Assembly: GCA_036267155.1 (NCBI GenBank) | Contig: DATAWP010000082.1 | Coordinates: 35,686-99,685, forward strand | Source: Tepidisphaeraceae bacterium | Lineage (GTDB): Bacteria; Planctomycetota; Phycisphaerae; Tepidisphaerales; Tepidisphaeraceae | DNA length: 64,000 nucleotides | Direction: 5' to 3' | Shown: in pieces, positions 1 through 8,970 of the stretch | How positions within the stretch are numbered: the first letter of the stretch is position 1 | Layout of the letters: every line of letters starts with the position of its first letter | Notes under the pieces: generated by a model | The model's input: the letters and a program-made list of their open reading frames with translations, nothing else | Told to the model about the DNA's origin: nothing | The model's database searches: none | Position numbers and translations under genes: made by a program

Positions 1-579
1 GCGGATCAGCTGCAGCGTCAGGCGAAAAGGATCCACTTCGAATGCACGGCTCGACCGCAGCGCCCCGGGACGTGAAAGATTGAACGCGTCGCGCAGCGAT
101 TCTTTGTTCAGAAACTCGACGTCAATCTGCATCGATTGGCGCGCTTCGCACTCGGCGCGAAGTGGGTCAACATCTTTCTCCCTCGATGCGAGGTAAAGGC
201 TTGAGCGCGCCACCAGCCCGCAGGAATCGCCGAGTTCCGCGACCAGCGGCTCAAACGCCAACAACGATTCCACGCTCGCACGATACGCCGCCACCGCCCG
301 GTCCTTTCCAATCTTGCCGATCAATTCAATCAGCGGCGTATCGATTTCGTATTGAAGCAACCCGGTGCTCGCCGACGTGCTGCCGTGACCGACTTGGCGC
401 CGATCAACCATGATGGTGTGAATTCCCTCGCGCATCAGATGATACCCCACCAGTGCGCCGGAGATTCCCCCGCCGATGATCGCGACATCGCATTGGATGT
501 CGCGATCCAGCTTCGGAAACTGCTGCTCTGGGCCTTGGTAAATCTGCGGCCAGAAAATACAGCCCGATTTGAGTTTCAT
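1..579 (-). CDS. FAD-dependent oxidoreductase (DAO-like), 3' end cut by window edge
   Basis: Not in the ORF track because it runs off the edge. Own translation from ATG 579..577 gives MKLKSGCIFWPQIYQGPEQQFPKLDRDIQCDVAIIGGGISGALVGYHLMREGIHTIMVDRRQVGHGSTSAS... This contains a GxGxxG Rossmann dinucleotide-binding motif. The frame stays open to position 1. There is a 6-nt gap after the upstream Nramp stop. Confidence 0.7.
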   Translation of the reverse strand, partial: MKLKSGCIFWPQIYQGPEQQFPKLDRDIQCDVAIIGGGISGALVGYHLMREGIHTIMVDRRQVGHGSTSASTGLLQYEIDTPLIELIGKIGKDRAVAAYRASVESLLAFEPLVAELGDSCGLVARSSLYLASREKDVDPLRAECEARQSMQIDVEFLNKESLRDAFNLSRPGALRSSRAFEVDPFRLTLQLIR

Positions 580-585
580 CTTTTC

Positions 586-1959
586 CTAACTGTTCCAGGT
601 CACAAACAGTCCGATGGATGCGGCCAACATCGTCATCGTGGCGAGCCAACCCATCAGTCGAAGACTCTTGGAGATGTTGACGAACTGCCCCATCACTTTT
701 CGGTTATGGCACATAAGCATCATCACGACCATGATCGGCACCGCCGCCACGCCGTTAATGACCGCCGACCAGAACAGCGCTTTGATCGGCGAGAGATGCG
801 TCACCTTCTGCACCCCGGAGAAATTCAGGGCCAATCCCAACAGCGTTGCCACCGTGAGGACTCCGTAAAATCCCCTGGCGTCGAGCGGCTTGCGATCCAA
901 ACCCGTCGGCCATTTCAGCGCCTCGCCGACTGCATAGGCCGCCGATCCCGCCAACACCGGCACCGCCAGCAGACCCGTACCGATGATTCCCAGTGCGAAC
1001 AGGAAAAAGGCGAATCGTCCGGCAATCGGGCGCAGGGCCTCGGCCGCCTGCGATGAGGTCTGCACATCGGTCACTCCATGCGCGTTCAGCGTGGCGGCGG
1101 CGGCGAGGATGATCGAATACGCAACCAGATTCGAAAAGGCCATGCCGATGTATGTGTCGATGCGGATTCGGCGAAACTGGTCCCGTGATTGCTCCGGCGA
1201 GACCTTCAATGCCTGATCGTCCGGCTTACTCCTGATCTCTTCCGTTTCCTGCGATGCCTGCCAGAAAAACAGATAGGGGCTGATGGTCGTCCCAAAAACG
1301 GCAATGATGGTTGCCCAATAATTCCCCGACGTACCGATGGACGGCAGAAATGTTCCTTTCATTGCTGATTTCCAGGGGATATGAATCACCATCACCGTGG
1401 CGACGTAACTGAACAGCGAAAGCGTCAGCCATTTGAACACCTTCGAACACTTCGGATAAGACGCGAAAATTTGCAGTAATACGCACAGCGCGGCGAAGAC
1501 CGCCGCGTACACGAGCGCCGGGCCACCCACCAGAAGACGAACGGCGGCACCCATCGCACCGATGTCCGCGCCGAGATTGATCGTGTTCGCGCAGGCCAGC
1601 AGGAAGATCAACGGATAAAGCAGCCAAACCGAATAATACCGGCGCATGTTTCCGGCGATTCCCCGACCTGTGATCCGTCCGATTCGGCCGCTGATTTCCT
1701 GAATCGCCGCCATCAGCGGCAAGCAGAGGACCATCGTCCAGAGCAGCCCAAATCCAAACGCCGCGCCGGCCTGGGAATACGTGGCGATCCCGCTTGGATC
1801 ATCGTCGGAAGCGCCAGCAATAAGTCCGGGGCCCAGCCGCCGCCAAAAACCCGTCTTGGCCTCGTCGCAGGTTCGATCAGCCTTTTCCGTCCGAATATTG
1901 TCGGGGTGGGCCCCTTCCGTTTGAGGACCTAACACCGACGCGTCGGTTGGTTCAGACAT
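586..1959 (-). CDS. Nramp-family divalent metal cation transporter
   Basis: 457-aa polytopic membrane protein. The N-terminal GPGLIAGASDDDPSGIATYSQAGAAFGF motif is typical of Nramp-related transporters, and there are many hydrophobic helices. Confidence 0.8.
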   Translation of the reverse strand: MSEPTDASVLGPQTEGAHPDNIRTEKADRTCDEAKTGFWRRLGPGLIAGASDDDPSGIATYSQAGAAFGFGLLWTMVLCLPLMAAIQEISGRIGRITGRGIAGNMRRYYSVWLLYPLIFLLACANTINLGADIGAMGAAVRLLVGGPALVYAAVFAALCVLLQIFASYPKCSKVFKWLTLSLFSYVATVMVIHIPWKSAMKGTFLPSIGTSGNYWATIIAVFGTTISPYLFFWQASQETEEIRSKPDDQALKVSPEQSRDQFRRIRIDTYIGMAFSNLVAYSIILAAAATLNAHGVTDVQTSSQAAEALRPIAGRFAFFLFALGIIGTGLLAVPVLAGSAAYAVGEALKWPTGLDRKPLDARGFYGVLTVATLLGLALNFSGVQKVTHLSPIKALFWSAVINGVAAVPIMVVMMLMCHNRKVMGQFVNISKSLRLMGWLATMTMLAASIGLFVTWNS

Positions 1960-2164
1960 GAATCGAGGATACCGGCTCTGCCCGGTTGCCGTCAGGATCG
2001 AAAATCCGGCTGGGCAGGCCCTTGTCCTTTAATTTGTCGTGCAGTTCCACCAGCACGGGAAGATTCGGATTGCCCGGGCCGGCGTTGCGGAGAGGTGCTG
2101 GGGGCATGAAATTGATTCGCGCCGGTAATGCGCTTTTCATTTTTAAATTATGCATGACCCCCAA
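1952..2164 (-). CDS. possible short VOC/glyoxalase-like fragment
   Basis: 70-aa ORF ending ...LHDKLKDKGLPSRIFDPDGNRAEPV, which resembles the C-terminal beta-alpha-beta unit of glyoxalase/bleomycin-resistance proteins. It is too short for a full domain and overlaps the Nramp start by 8 nt. Confidence 0.25.
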   Translation of the reverse strand: MGVMHNLKMKSALPARINFMPPAPLRNAGPGNPNLPVLVELHDKLKDKGLPSRIFDPDGNRAEPVSSIHV

Positions 2165-2233
2165 GGCACCTGATATACATCCGGCGCTACCAGCAGTGCA
2201 AAAGATGTCGCCGCGGCAGATCGGAGGGCTTCC

Positions 2234-3040
2234 TCAGGCTCTCACTTTGATCGCCCGCATTGCCAGAAACATCGGGATTTCCTGCCGGGCGGAATTCTCC
2301 GCGGCGGCTCGCGGGCCGCTGGTGCTCTGCTTGTGGCTCGGCCATTCTTCCAGGGCATCCACCATGAAGCCCGACTGGCGAAAGGTCTTCACGTATGTGC
2401 CGATCGGGCGGTGGAAGGCCCAGGTGTACTGGTCGGGGTTGGAACCCGGATGGGTGACGATTGGAGTTTTGCGGGGAATCAGATAGCGGTCGATGCGGCG
2501 ATACTGAATCTTGGCCGATTCGTCCCAGCCCCAGCTTGTTTCCTTCGGGCCGCGAAAACAAGGGTGCATCATGACGATGACGAGCCGGGCGGTGGGCTTG
2601 AGGATTCGGGCGATGCTTCCAAAGACCGGGGGAAGCGGATGGATATTCTGGATGGCCAGCACGCAGGCTGCGGCGTCGAATTCCGCGGCGGGGAGATGGA
2701 CGAGATTCCGCGCGTCGGCGATTTGGTAATGAATATCGGCCGGCCCACGCTGGCGAGCGACGCGGATCAATTCGGCGGCGGCGTCCACACCGGTGACGGC
2801 GACGCCGCGCGCTTGCAGCGCTCGGCAGAGGACGCCCTGCCCGCAAGCGACGTCGATCACGTTCTCGCCTGGGGCGGCGGCCAATAGCCGCAGCACGCCG
2901 GGGATGACGACTCGCTGATGGAATTCGCTGCCGGATTCGCCGACGAGTTGGTCGTACCAGTCGGCGACGTTGCTCCAATCGGTGCGGAGAGAATCGCGGC
3001 GAGCGGGTTTGCGCGGAAGGCTCTTGGGTCGATGCTTCAT
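2234..3040 (-). CDS. class I SAM-dependent methyltransferase
   Basis: 268 aa. Motif I VIDVACGQGVL is followed by an acidic residue after beta-2 (VTGVDAA), a typical Rossmann methyltransferase layout. Confidence 0.75.
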   Translation of the reverse strand: MKHRPKSLPRKPARRDSLRTDWSNVADWYDQLVGESGSEFHQRVVIPGVLRLLAAAPGENVIDVACGQGVLCRALQARGVAVTGVDAAAELIRVARQRGPADIHYQIADARNLVHLPAAEFDAAACVLAIQNIHPLPPVFGSIARILKPTARLVIVMMHPCFRGPKETSWGWDESAKIQYRRIDRYLIPRKTPIVTHPGSNPDQYTWAFHRPIGTYVKTFRQSGFMVDALEEWPSHKQSTSGPRAAAENSARQEIPMFLAMRAIKVRA

Positions 3041-3176
3041 TTCTTGCGGCCGAGCATCTCGGCAGGAAGGAAGACAATACGTTCACCGGAACTCGGCTTG
3101 GGCGGCTCGTGGGCGCCGAAAAGCTGCACGCGCTGGCCAACAAGCCAGCCCTCGTCGGCGAGACGATAATACTCGG

Positions 3177-4223
3177 TTAGAACTGCTGTAGAAAGCGGAC
3201 GTCGTTTTCAACGAAAAGACGAATGTTGTTGATACCGTACTTTCGCATGGCGATGCGCTCGATGCCGAAGCCAAACGCCCAGCCGGTGAATTGTTCGGGA
3301 TCGAGGCCGACGGATTTGAAGACGTTGGGATGGACCATGCCGCAACCGCCGAATTCCACCCACCGGCTCTTGCCGCCGGGCAGGTCGAACCAGATGTCCA
3401 CCTCCGCCGACGGCTCGGTGAACGGGAAAAAGCTGGGGCGAAAGCGCACCTTGGCATCTGATCCGAAATAGGCGCGCGTGAATTGAAGGATCGTGCTTTT
3501 CAGATCGACCATGGTGATATTCCGATCGACGACGAGCGCTTCGAGCTGGTGGAACATGGACAGATGCGTGTCGTCGTGCGTATCGGGCCGATAGACGCGG
3601 CCGGGAATGACCACGCGAATCGGGGGTTTTTGTTTTTCCATCACGCGAATCTGCACCGTGCTGGTCTGGGTGCGCAGGAGCATGAGATGCTGCTGCGGGC
3701 CGTGATCCAGCGCGGTGGATTGACCTTCGCCGGTTTCAGGGGCCAGGTAGAAATTGTCGAGCGGATCGCGCGCGGGGTGGCTGAGGGGAATATTGAGGGC
3801 GATGAAGTTGTGGAACTCATCTTCCACTTCGGGGCCGGACGCGAGGGAAAAACCCATTCGGCCGAAAAGCTCGGTCAGTTCGTTGGTGACCTTCATGAGG
3901 ATATGCCGGTTGCCGATCCGGGGACGCAGGCCCGGCTCGGTAACATCTGCCGCGGTCTCGCCGCTATTGTCCGCCGCGAGGGCTGTTTTGCGCGACTCGA
4001 AGGCGGCAGTCACGCGGTCCTTGAGCGCGTTGATCTTCTGGCCAACCACCGGCTTCTGATCCTTCGGCGTCTGGCCCAGAAGACTCATGAGCCCCTTGAT
4101 GTTGCCCTTGACGCCGAGGAATTTGATGCGGAATTGTTCGAGTTGGGCGGGGTTGGCAATGGCGGCCAATTCCTCATCGGCCTGGCGGGAAATGACCTCG
4201 ATTTGTTCCAATACGTCCGCCAT
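3177..4223 (-). CDS. pheS: phenylalanine--tRNA ligase alpha subunit
   Basis: The ORF 3177..4574 contains a PheS-like sequence from the internal ATG at 4223 (MADVLEQIEVISRQADEEL...). Class II synthetase motifs are present (HPARDPLDNFYL, FRPSFFPFTEPSAEVD, GCGMVHPNV, FGFGIERIAM). The upstream 117 codons look non-coding. Confidence 0.9.
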   Translation of the reverse strand: MADVLEQIEVISRQADEELAAIANPAQLEQFRIKFLGVKGNIKGLMSLLGQTPKDQKPVVGQKINALKDRVTAAFESRKTALAADNSGETAADVTEPGLRPRIGNRHILMKVTNELTELFGRMGFSLASGPEVEDEFHNFIALNIPLSHPARDPLDNFYLAPETGEGQSTALDHGPQQHLMLLRTQTSTVQIRVMEKQKPPIRVVIPGRVYRPDTHDDTHLSMFHQLEALVVDRNITMVDLKSTILQFTRAYFGSDAKVRFRPSFFPFTEPSAEVDIWFDLPGGKSRWVEFGGCGMVHPNVFKSVGLDPEQFTGWAFGFGIERIAMRKYGINNIRLFVENDVRFLQQF

Positions 4224-4290
4224 GAAATTCTCCGCCGCGAGATACGTCCTGCAGATAGATTGAACCTGCGGCTTGGGGTCTTTACATTGA

Positions 4291-4857
4291 TTGCGCGCAG
4301 GGGTCAAGGCTGGCAGGCGTCGGAGCGATCGCATGGACCTTTCAAAGTTGCCAAAACTTTCCAAGACGCAAGAGAAGCAGCCGCCGCCGGAAGAGACCGG
4401 CGCGCCGTTTCCTGCCCGTCCGGCCGTCATCGTGCCGACCTTCGGGCTGGCCGAGGCGTGGGTCAGCATTGCGCTGGGTGTATTGCTTTTGTTTGTGTTC
4501 CCCAACACGATCCGATACCTGCATTCTTCGGCCGCGTTTGAGCAGAACAATCCGGTAACCGATGCGCAGGGCAATGCGATTCCCTACCTAAATAGCGTCT
4601 TTTTCTGGACGGACCTGGGCATTACCGTTTTTGCGGCAGCTTTGATTTTGGAAGGAATTGCGCTGGCGGCAGCGAGAAGAATTTTCCCGCTGCTGATCGC
4701 GTTCTGCGTGACGGCCGGCGCAGCGCTATTCAATGTGTTTGTGATTGTTCACGCATATTCCATCATTGGATTTCCATGGGTTTGCGGGATCGGAGTGATC
4801 GTGCTGGTATACATGGCGATAACGCAATGGCGGCTCATCGCGATATTGCGGCAATAA
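4291..4857 (+). CDS. hypothetical membrane protein (about 4 TM helices)
   Basis: 188-aa ORF with four clear hydrophobic segments. The start is uncertain; MDLSKL at 4333 is possible. Confidence 0.5.
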   Translation: MRAGVKAGRRRSDRMDLSKLPKLSKTQEKQPPPEETGAPFPARPAVIVPTFGLAEAWVSIALGVLLLFVFPNTIRYLHSSAAFEQNNPVTDAQGNAIPYLNSVFFWTDLGITVFAAALILEGIALAAARRIFPLLIAFCVTAGAALFNVFVIVHAYSIIGFPWVCGIGVIVLVYMAITQWRLIAILRQ

Positions 4858-5012
4858 AAAAGCCCCGGACGCGGGGAGGTGCGACCGGGGCACAGGGGAG
4901 GGAAAGATTGCGTCGCACGCGCCCAAATGCGCGTTGCTCTAAATTAAGCATGCGCATGGTCGCAAAAAGTTAACCGAATTCAGGGAAAATTAAGGAGGGA
5001 TGGCTGGGGGAG

Positions 5013-5903
5013 TTAGCCAAGCGTCCAGCGGACGGTCCATTGACGCCGGCCGAAGGGGTCGATTCTGCCGGCGGAGCCGTCCTTGATGGAACGGTCTATC
5101 TCATCGTAGCGGCCGGTGGTGGGCTCGATGGCGAAATGGCGATTGCCGGCCCAGCCGCCGGTGTTGACCCAAAGTCCCCAATAGGCGGGCAGGCCGTCAT
5201 CCGATTCGTATTCCACGCGTAACGAGCGCTTTCGGGTGGGATATGAAACAAGAAATGCGGATTGAATCGGATCGACGGAAAAGCTCTTCCAGCTTCGCTT
5301 CGGCGGGAGCGACTCGAGCCGGGAAAGATTCTCGTCGGGAGCGACCACCGGCCAGGAGAAATCGGTATCGTAATGTTTGCCGGTGGCATCATGGCTCCAT
5401 CGAAACGGCTTTTGCTCGACATTCAGCTCGGCCGGCTGGACCATCGACATCAGGCCATGCAGAGCCCAGACAAATCGGAATTCAAATGGGGCAAGGTTCG
5501 TCAGGTTGTACTCGGCAACGATGGATGAATCCTGAAGAAAGAGCTTGCGCGTGAGCCGGTATCCGAAGCGCAGGCCGTGCCAAACGGTTGTGATGCCGTC
5601 TTTTGTGGGGACGGCCGTGGTCGTGGGGATGCCCCACAATTCGCCGTGATCGGGCACGGCAATGCCGTTGTAGGGATGACGCGGATAGGTGCTGGGAGCG
5701 ACCGCGGGAAAACATTCATCCCACCCGCTGTACCAGTGATCGCCATAAGGAGCATCGTAGTGGGGCGAATCCGGCAACTCGGCGGGATAACTGAAAAGCA
5801 ACTCGTAATGATCGGTTTTGTCGATAATGCTGGAAACCTTTCCGCCGATTTGCGGCCAAATTTCCATAACAATGGCGTCGTTTTCAATGGTCACCGGATG
5901 CAT
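5013..5903 (-). CDS. aldose-epimerase/galactose-mutarotase-like fold protein (tentative)
   Basis: 296 aa, beta-rich and rich in Trp/aromatic residues. MEIWPQIGGKVSSIIDK...LLF and later HGELW / GLWVNTGGW segments resemble mutarotase-like domains. This is a weak call. Confidence 0.4.
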   Translation of the reverse strand: MHPVTIENDAIVMEIWPQIGGKVSSIIDKTDHYELLFSYPAELPDSPHYDAPYGDHWYSGWDECFPAVAPSTYPRHPYNGIAVPDHGELWGIPTTTAVPTKDGITTVWHGLRFGYRLTRKLFLQDSSIVAEYNLTNLAPFEFRFVWALHGLMSMVQPAELNVEQKPFRWSHDATGKHYDTDFSWPVVAPDENLSRLESLPPKRSWKSFSVDPIQSAFLVSYPTRKRSLRVEYESDDGLPAYWGLWVNTGGWAGNRHFAIEPTTGRYDEIDRSIKDGSAGRIDPFGRRQWTVRWTLG

Positions 5904-5958
5904 AGGTGGTCCGTTGGTGCTGACACCTTACCCAGCACCGCGAATATTTGCACGAAGT

Positions 5959-7368
5959 TCAGGGCTGCGTGGAGGGCGATGGCTGAGTAGCGGGCGTGAT
6001 GGATATTGCCGGCGCGGGGGCGCTCGCCGCCGTCGCCTGAACGACAATAACGGCATCCACCGGCTGGAGAATCTTGGAACCATCCGGCGACGCCGTGGAG
6101 TTGTTCACTTCGACGGGGCTGTTGGCCAAAACCGAAGAGTTCTTGTCCATTAACACGGCCGGTGAAAGTTGGCCGGGCGACGAATTCGACGGCGAAGTGG
6201 TGGGGACGGCTAGATCGGCGCTTGAATTGGCTGCTTCGGATGGCTCAGTGGCCGGGGGCGAAGCGGCGCCTGCACGAACGGCGCCGCTTTGGTCTTTATC
6301 CTGCGGTTGTGCGCTCGGCTGCGTCGTGGCCAGGACCTCCGCCGATTGCAGCGAGACCTGCACCTTGGCCAGGTTTTGCTGCACGGCCAGGGATTGCCGC
6401 AGAGCGTCGGCTTGCTGAGACGTGAAACCCGTGGCAATGTACACGTCGCTGGCCGGTTGCGTTGTCGGGACGGCGGATGCCGAAATTTCGCCGGCTTTGC
6501 GCGGGGCGATCGTAGATAACATCTGCTGATCCGAATTAACGCTCGGAAGCGTCGTGGGAATTGAATTTGCCTGGGTATCGGCCGGCACCCGCTTCCAGGA
6601 AATGCCGTTGCTGTTGCTGAGAAATTGAGTTACTTGCGCGTTGGTGGCCGGCGGATCGGTACTGTCGACGACCATCAGAACCGGCGGCGCTGCGTTGGCG
6701 GTGGCGTTCGCGATGTCGTAGCCGGAATTCTGAAGCCGCCGGCGAATGGCTTCAACATTATTCAGTTGGGCAAGCGTCACGATCTGCTGTTGAGCTTGAG
6801 ATACGAGCGAGGGGTGTTGTTCAATGGCCAACGACCCGGGCGCGACCATCGGGGGCGGTGCGGCTACGGCCTTGCGATCGTCCAATCGCGCGCCGCCGGC
6901 AGTCACTGTTTCCTGCTTTGTCGGGATGGACGGCTGGGCCGCGGAATCGATGGGCGGTGTTGCAAAGGTTGGGGAGAGCTTCGGCGGCACGTTTTCGGTG
7001 AAGACCGGCGGCCGTAGCGTAGGCCCCAAAGCTCTGTAAAGAATCAGGCAAAGCGAAGCGCACAGGAGAAATATCGCGGCGACGGCGAATATCTGCGGCC
7101 ACCGGCTGCCGCCGATGCGCTCCCGACCGGCTTCCGGCGAGTCATCCAGCAGAATGGAGCGTTCGACCTTGCCACGCAGCGATTCGCCGACATCCAGCGG
7201 AGCCTTGACGCGCGGCAATCCGCGCACGAGGTCGCGCATCGCGATCAATTCCTGGATCAGCTTTCGATGCTGAGGATTCTCCTGAAGGTGTTTTTCGATC
7301 TGGGCGCGGCCTGCGGTGTCCAGGTCCCCTTCAATGTAAGCACAGAGCATGGCTTCAATGTTTTCCAT
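5959..7368 (-). CDS. anti-sigma factor (zf-HC2 type) with TM helix and long low-complexity extracytoplasmic region
   Basis: From the internal ATG at 7368: MENIEAMLCAYIEGDLDTAGRAQIEKHLQENPQHRKL (zf-HC2-like). A TM helix follows (WPQIFAVAAIFLLCASLCLILY). It lies immediately downstream of the ECF sigma gene, whose stop is at 7373-7375. Confidence 0.8.
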   Translation of the reverse strand: MENIEAMLCAYIEGDLDTAGRAQIEKHLQENPQHRKLIQELIAMRDLVRGLPRVKAPLDVGESLRGKVERSILLDDSPEAGRERIGGSRWPQIFAVAAIFLLCASLCLILYRALGPTLRPPVFTENVPPKLSPTFATPPIDSAAQPSIPTKQETVTAGGARLDDRKAVAAPPPMVAPGSLAIEQHPSLVSQAQQQIVTLAQLNNVEAIRRRLQNSGYDIANATANAAPPVLMVVDSTDPPATNAQVTQFLSNSNGISWKRVPADTQANSIPTTLPSVNSDQQMLSTIAPRKAGEISASAVPTTQPASDVYIATGFTSQQADALRQSLAVQQNLAKVQVSLQSAEVLATTQPSAQPQDKDQSGAVRAGAASPPATEPSEAANSSADLAVPTTSPSNSSPGQLSPAVLMDKNSSVLANSPVEVNNSTASPDGSKILQPVDAVIVVQATAASAPAPAISITPATQPSPSTQP

Positions 7369-7372
7369 GATC

Positions 7373-8110
7373 TTATTTCGGCTTGACCTTGTCGGACAGA
7401 TACGGCGCCAACTCATCCCGCAATGCCAGGCGGGCTCGAAAGAGCCGGCTCTTCAGCGTTCCCAGCGGAAGGGCCAGCACGTCGGCCATTTGCTGATAAT
7501 CAAAACCTTCAACGTCCCGCATGATCAGAACCGCGCGATGTTCCCCGTCGAGCCGGCTCAGGGCGTCGAGCACCATCTGGTTCCGCTCGCGCCGCTCGGC
7601 AGCCTGCGCAGGCTGCTCACCTTTGGCCGATGCGACGCGATCCACCAAGGCCGAGGCCTGGTCGTCCCGATGGACCATTCCATTTCCGCCTCGCGAGGCG
7701 CCATCCAGGGAGAATACGCGGACCCGTTGGGAACGCCGCAGGCTGCTGATGGCGAGGTTCATGCCGATGCGGAAGAGCCAGGTGTAGGGTGACGATTCGC
7801 CGCGGAAGCTTTCTATTTTTTCGAGCCCGCGGGTAAAAGTTTCCTGGGTCAGTTCGCGGGCCTCTTCGGGTTCGCCCACCATTCTGAGCAGGGCATTGAA
7901 GAGACGATCCTGATAAAGGACGACGATTTGGCCATAAGCCGAGCGATCTCCGCCGCGGGCCTTGAGGAACAGGGCCACTTCCCGGTCGCGACTTCGGTCG
8001 CCGGCGGCGCCGGCAGCATCTCCGCTGGGCGGAACGCCTTTGGGTGGAAGCTCGGCCTCGTATTGCGCGCCGCTCAAGCTCGACATGGAATTGGATGCGG
8101 GAAGGTCCAA
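7373..8110 (-). CDS. ECF-type RNA polymerase sigma-70 family factor
   Basis: 245 aa. Region 2 (LFNALLRMVGEPEEARELTQETF, YTWLFRIGMNL) and region 4 (AVLIMRDVEGFDYQQMADVLALPLGTLKSRLFRAR) are recognisable. Confidence 0.9.
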   Translation of the reverse strand: MDLPASNSMSSLSGAQYEAELPPKGVPPSGDAAGAAGDRSRDREVALFLKARGGDRSAYGQIVVLYQDRLFNALLRMVGEPEEARELTQETFTRGLEKIESFRGESSPYTWLFRIGMNLAISSLRRSQRVRVFSLDGASRGGNGMVHRDDQASALVDRVASAKGEQPAQAAERRERNQMVLDALSRLDGEHRAVLIMRDVEGFDYQQMADVLALPLGTLKSRLFRARLALRDELAPYLSDKVKPK

Positions 8111-8244
8111 AAAGTTCCCTGAATTCCGGCCGGGAACCAGTCGCAGCCCCGGTCATCCATGACCGGATATTTCATTGGAACATCATGCCATTTGGCAGGG
8201 CTTGAGTCAACGGCGCGGAACGTCATGGATGCAAAACTCTGTGG

Positions 8245-8313
8245 GTTTAGCCGCCGCGGCGTCGGGGCGGTATCATTCCGGGAAATCCCGCCGCGAGGCC
8301 GCGGCGGCTAAAC
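8245..8313. repeat. REP-like hairpin upstream of the Y1 transposase gene
   Basis: Perfect 16-bp inverted repeat: GTTTAGCCGCCGCGGC (8245-8260) and GCCGCGGCGGCTAAAC (8298-8313), with a 37-nt GC-rich loop. It ends 4 nt before the ATG at 8318. Confidence 0.7.
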
Positions 8314-8317
8314 GTCA

Positions 8318-8908
8318 ATGGTCATCGCCTACCACGCCATTTGGAGCGCCTACGGGTTTTGGCTACCCAACGATCCGCGCGGATCGTGGTCCACGGAAGT
8401 CTGGGCCTCGCATCTGCGGCCGTTCGGACCGGCGACAAAAACGACCGCCCGGCGGTCTCTTGCAAATCGGCCACACGATCCCGCGCTGCGATGGGAAATG
8501 CGTGAAGCGCTGAAATTCCCAACCGTCCGTTTTACACGACCACAAATTGATTGCGTCGCCCGCGGGTTTGCCGACGCCATTGAGCGATTCGGAATCGTCT
8601 TGTACGCCTGCGCGATCGTTTGGAACCACGTTCATATCGTATCGCAACGGCATAGAGAGCCGATCGAATTTGTCGCCCGCGTTCTCAAATCGGCCGCGAC
8701 GAGGCGATTGACCGATGAAGGGCTGCATCCACTGGCGAGATTCGCTGGCGCCGACGGCCGCGCCCCGACGCCGTGGGCAGAGGGAGAATGGGAACGATAT
8801 CTGAACGACGATGTTGGAATCATCGAGACGTCGCAGTACGTGAACGAGAATCCGCCGAAGCATGGTTTGCCGGCACAGAATTGGGATTTTGTGGCGCCGT
8901 TCGTTTAG
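8318..8908 (+). CDS. IS200/IS605-family Y1 (HUH) transposase, REP-associated tyrosine transposase (RAYT)-like
   Basis: 196 aa. The start YHAIWSAYGFWLPNDPRGSW, the HUH motif in WNHVHIV, and a C-terminal Tyr in SQYVNENPPKHGL are typical of IS200-like/RAYT proteins. GC-rich palindromes sharing GTTTAGCCGCCGCG flank the gene on both sides. Confidence 0.8.
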   Translation: MVIAYHAIWSAYGFWLPNDPRGSWSTEVWASHLRPFGPATKTTARRSLANRPHDPALRWEMREALKFPTVRFTRPQIDCVARGFADAIERFGIVLYACAIVWNHVHIVSQRHREPIEFVARVLKSAATRRLTDEGLHPLARFAGADGRAPTPWAEGEWERYLNDDVGIIETSQYVNENPPKHGLPAQNWDFVAPFV

Positions 8909-8928
8909 CCGCCGCGACCTCGCGGCGG
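8903..8928. repeat. REP-like hairpin overlapping the transposase stop codon
   Basis: GTTTAGCCGCCGCGA-CC-TCGCGGCGG. CCGCCGCGA (8909-8917) pairs with TCGCGGCGG (8920-8928). It shares a 14-nt head (GTTTAGCCGCCGCG) with the upstream element. Confidence 0.65.
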
Positions 8929-8970
8929 TTCATTTGTCTCACGGAATGATCCGCCTTACCCTTAATCGCC

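Noticed and set aside
2187-3143. 318-aa Arg/Pro/Ser-rich ORF overlapping the methyltransferase gene in another frame
   Set aside because: It is an out-of-frame overlap with a well-supported CDS, and its composition is incompatible with a folded protein.
4862-4891. GCCCCGG...CCGGGGC hairpin after the membrane-protein gene as an intrinsic terminator
   Set aside because: The stem is only 7 bp with a 16-nt loop and no following U-tract. That is insufficient to call.
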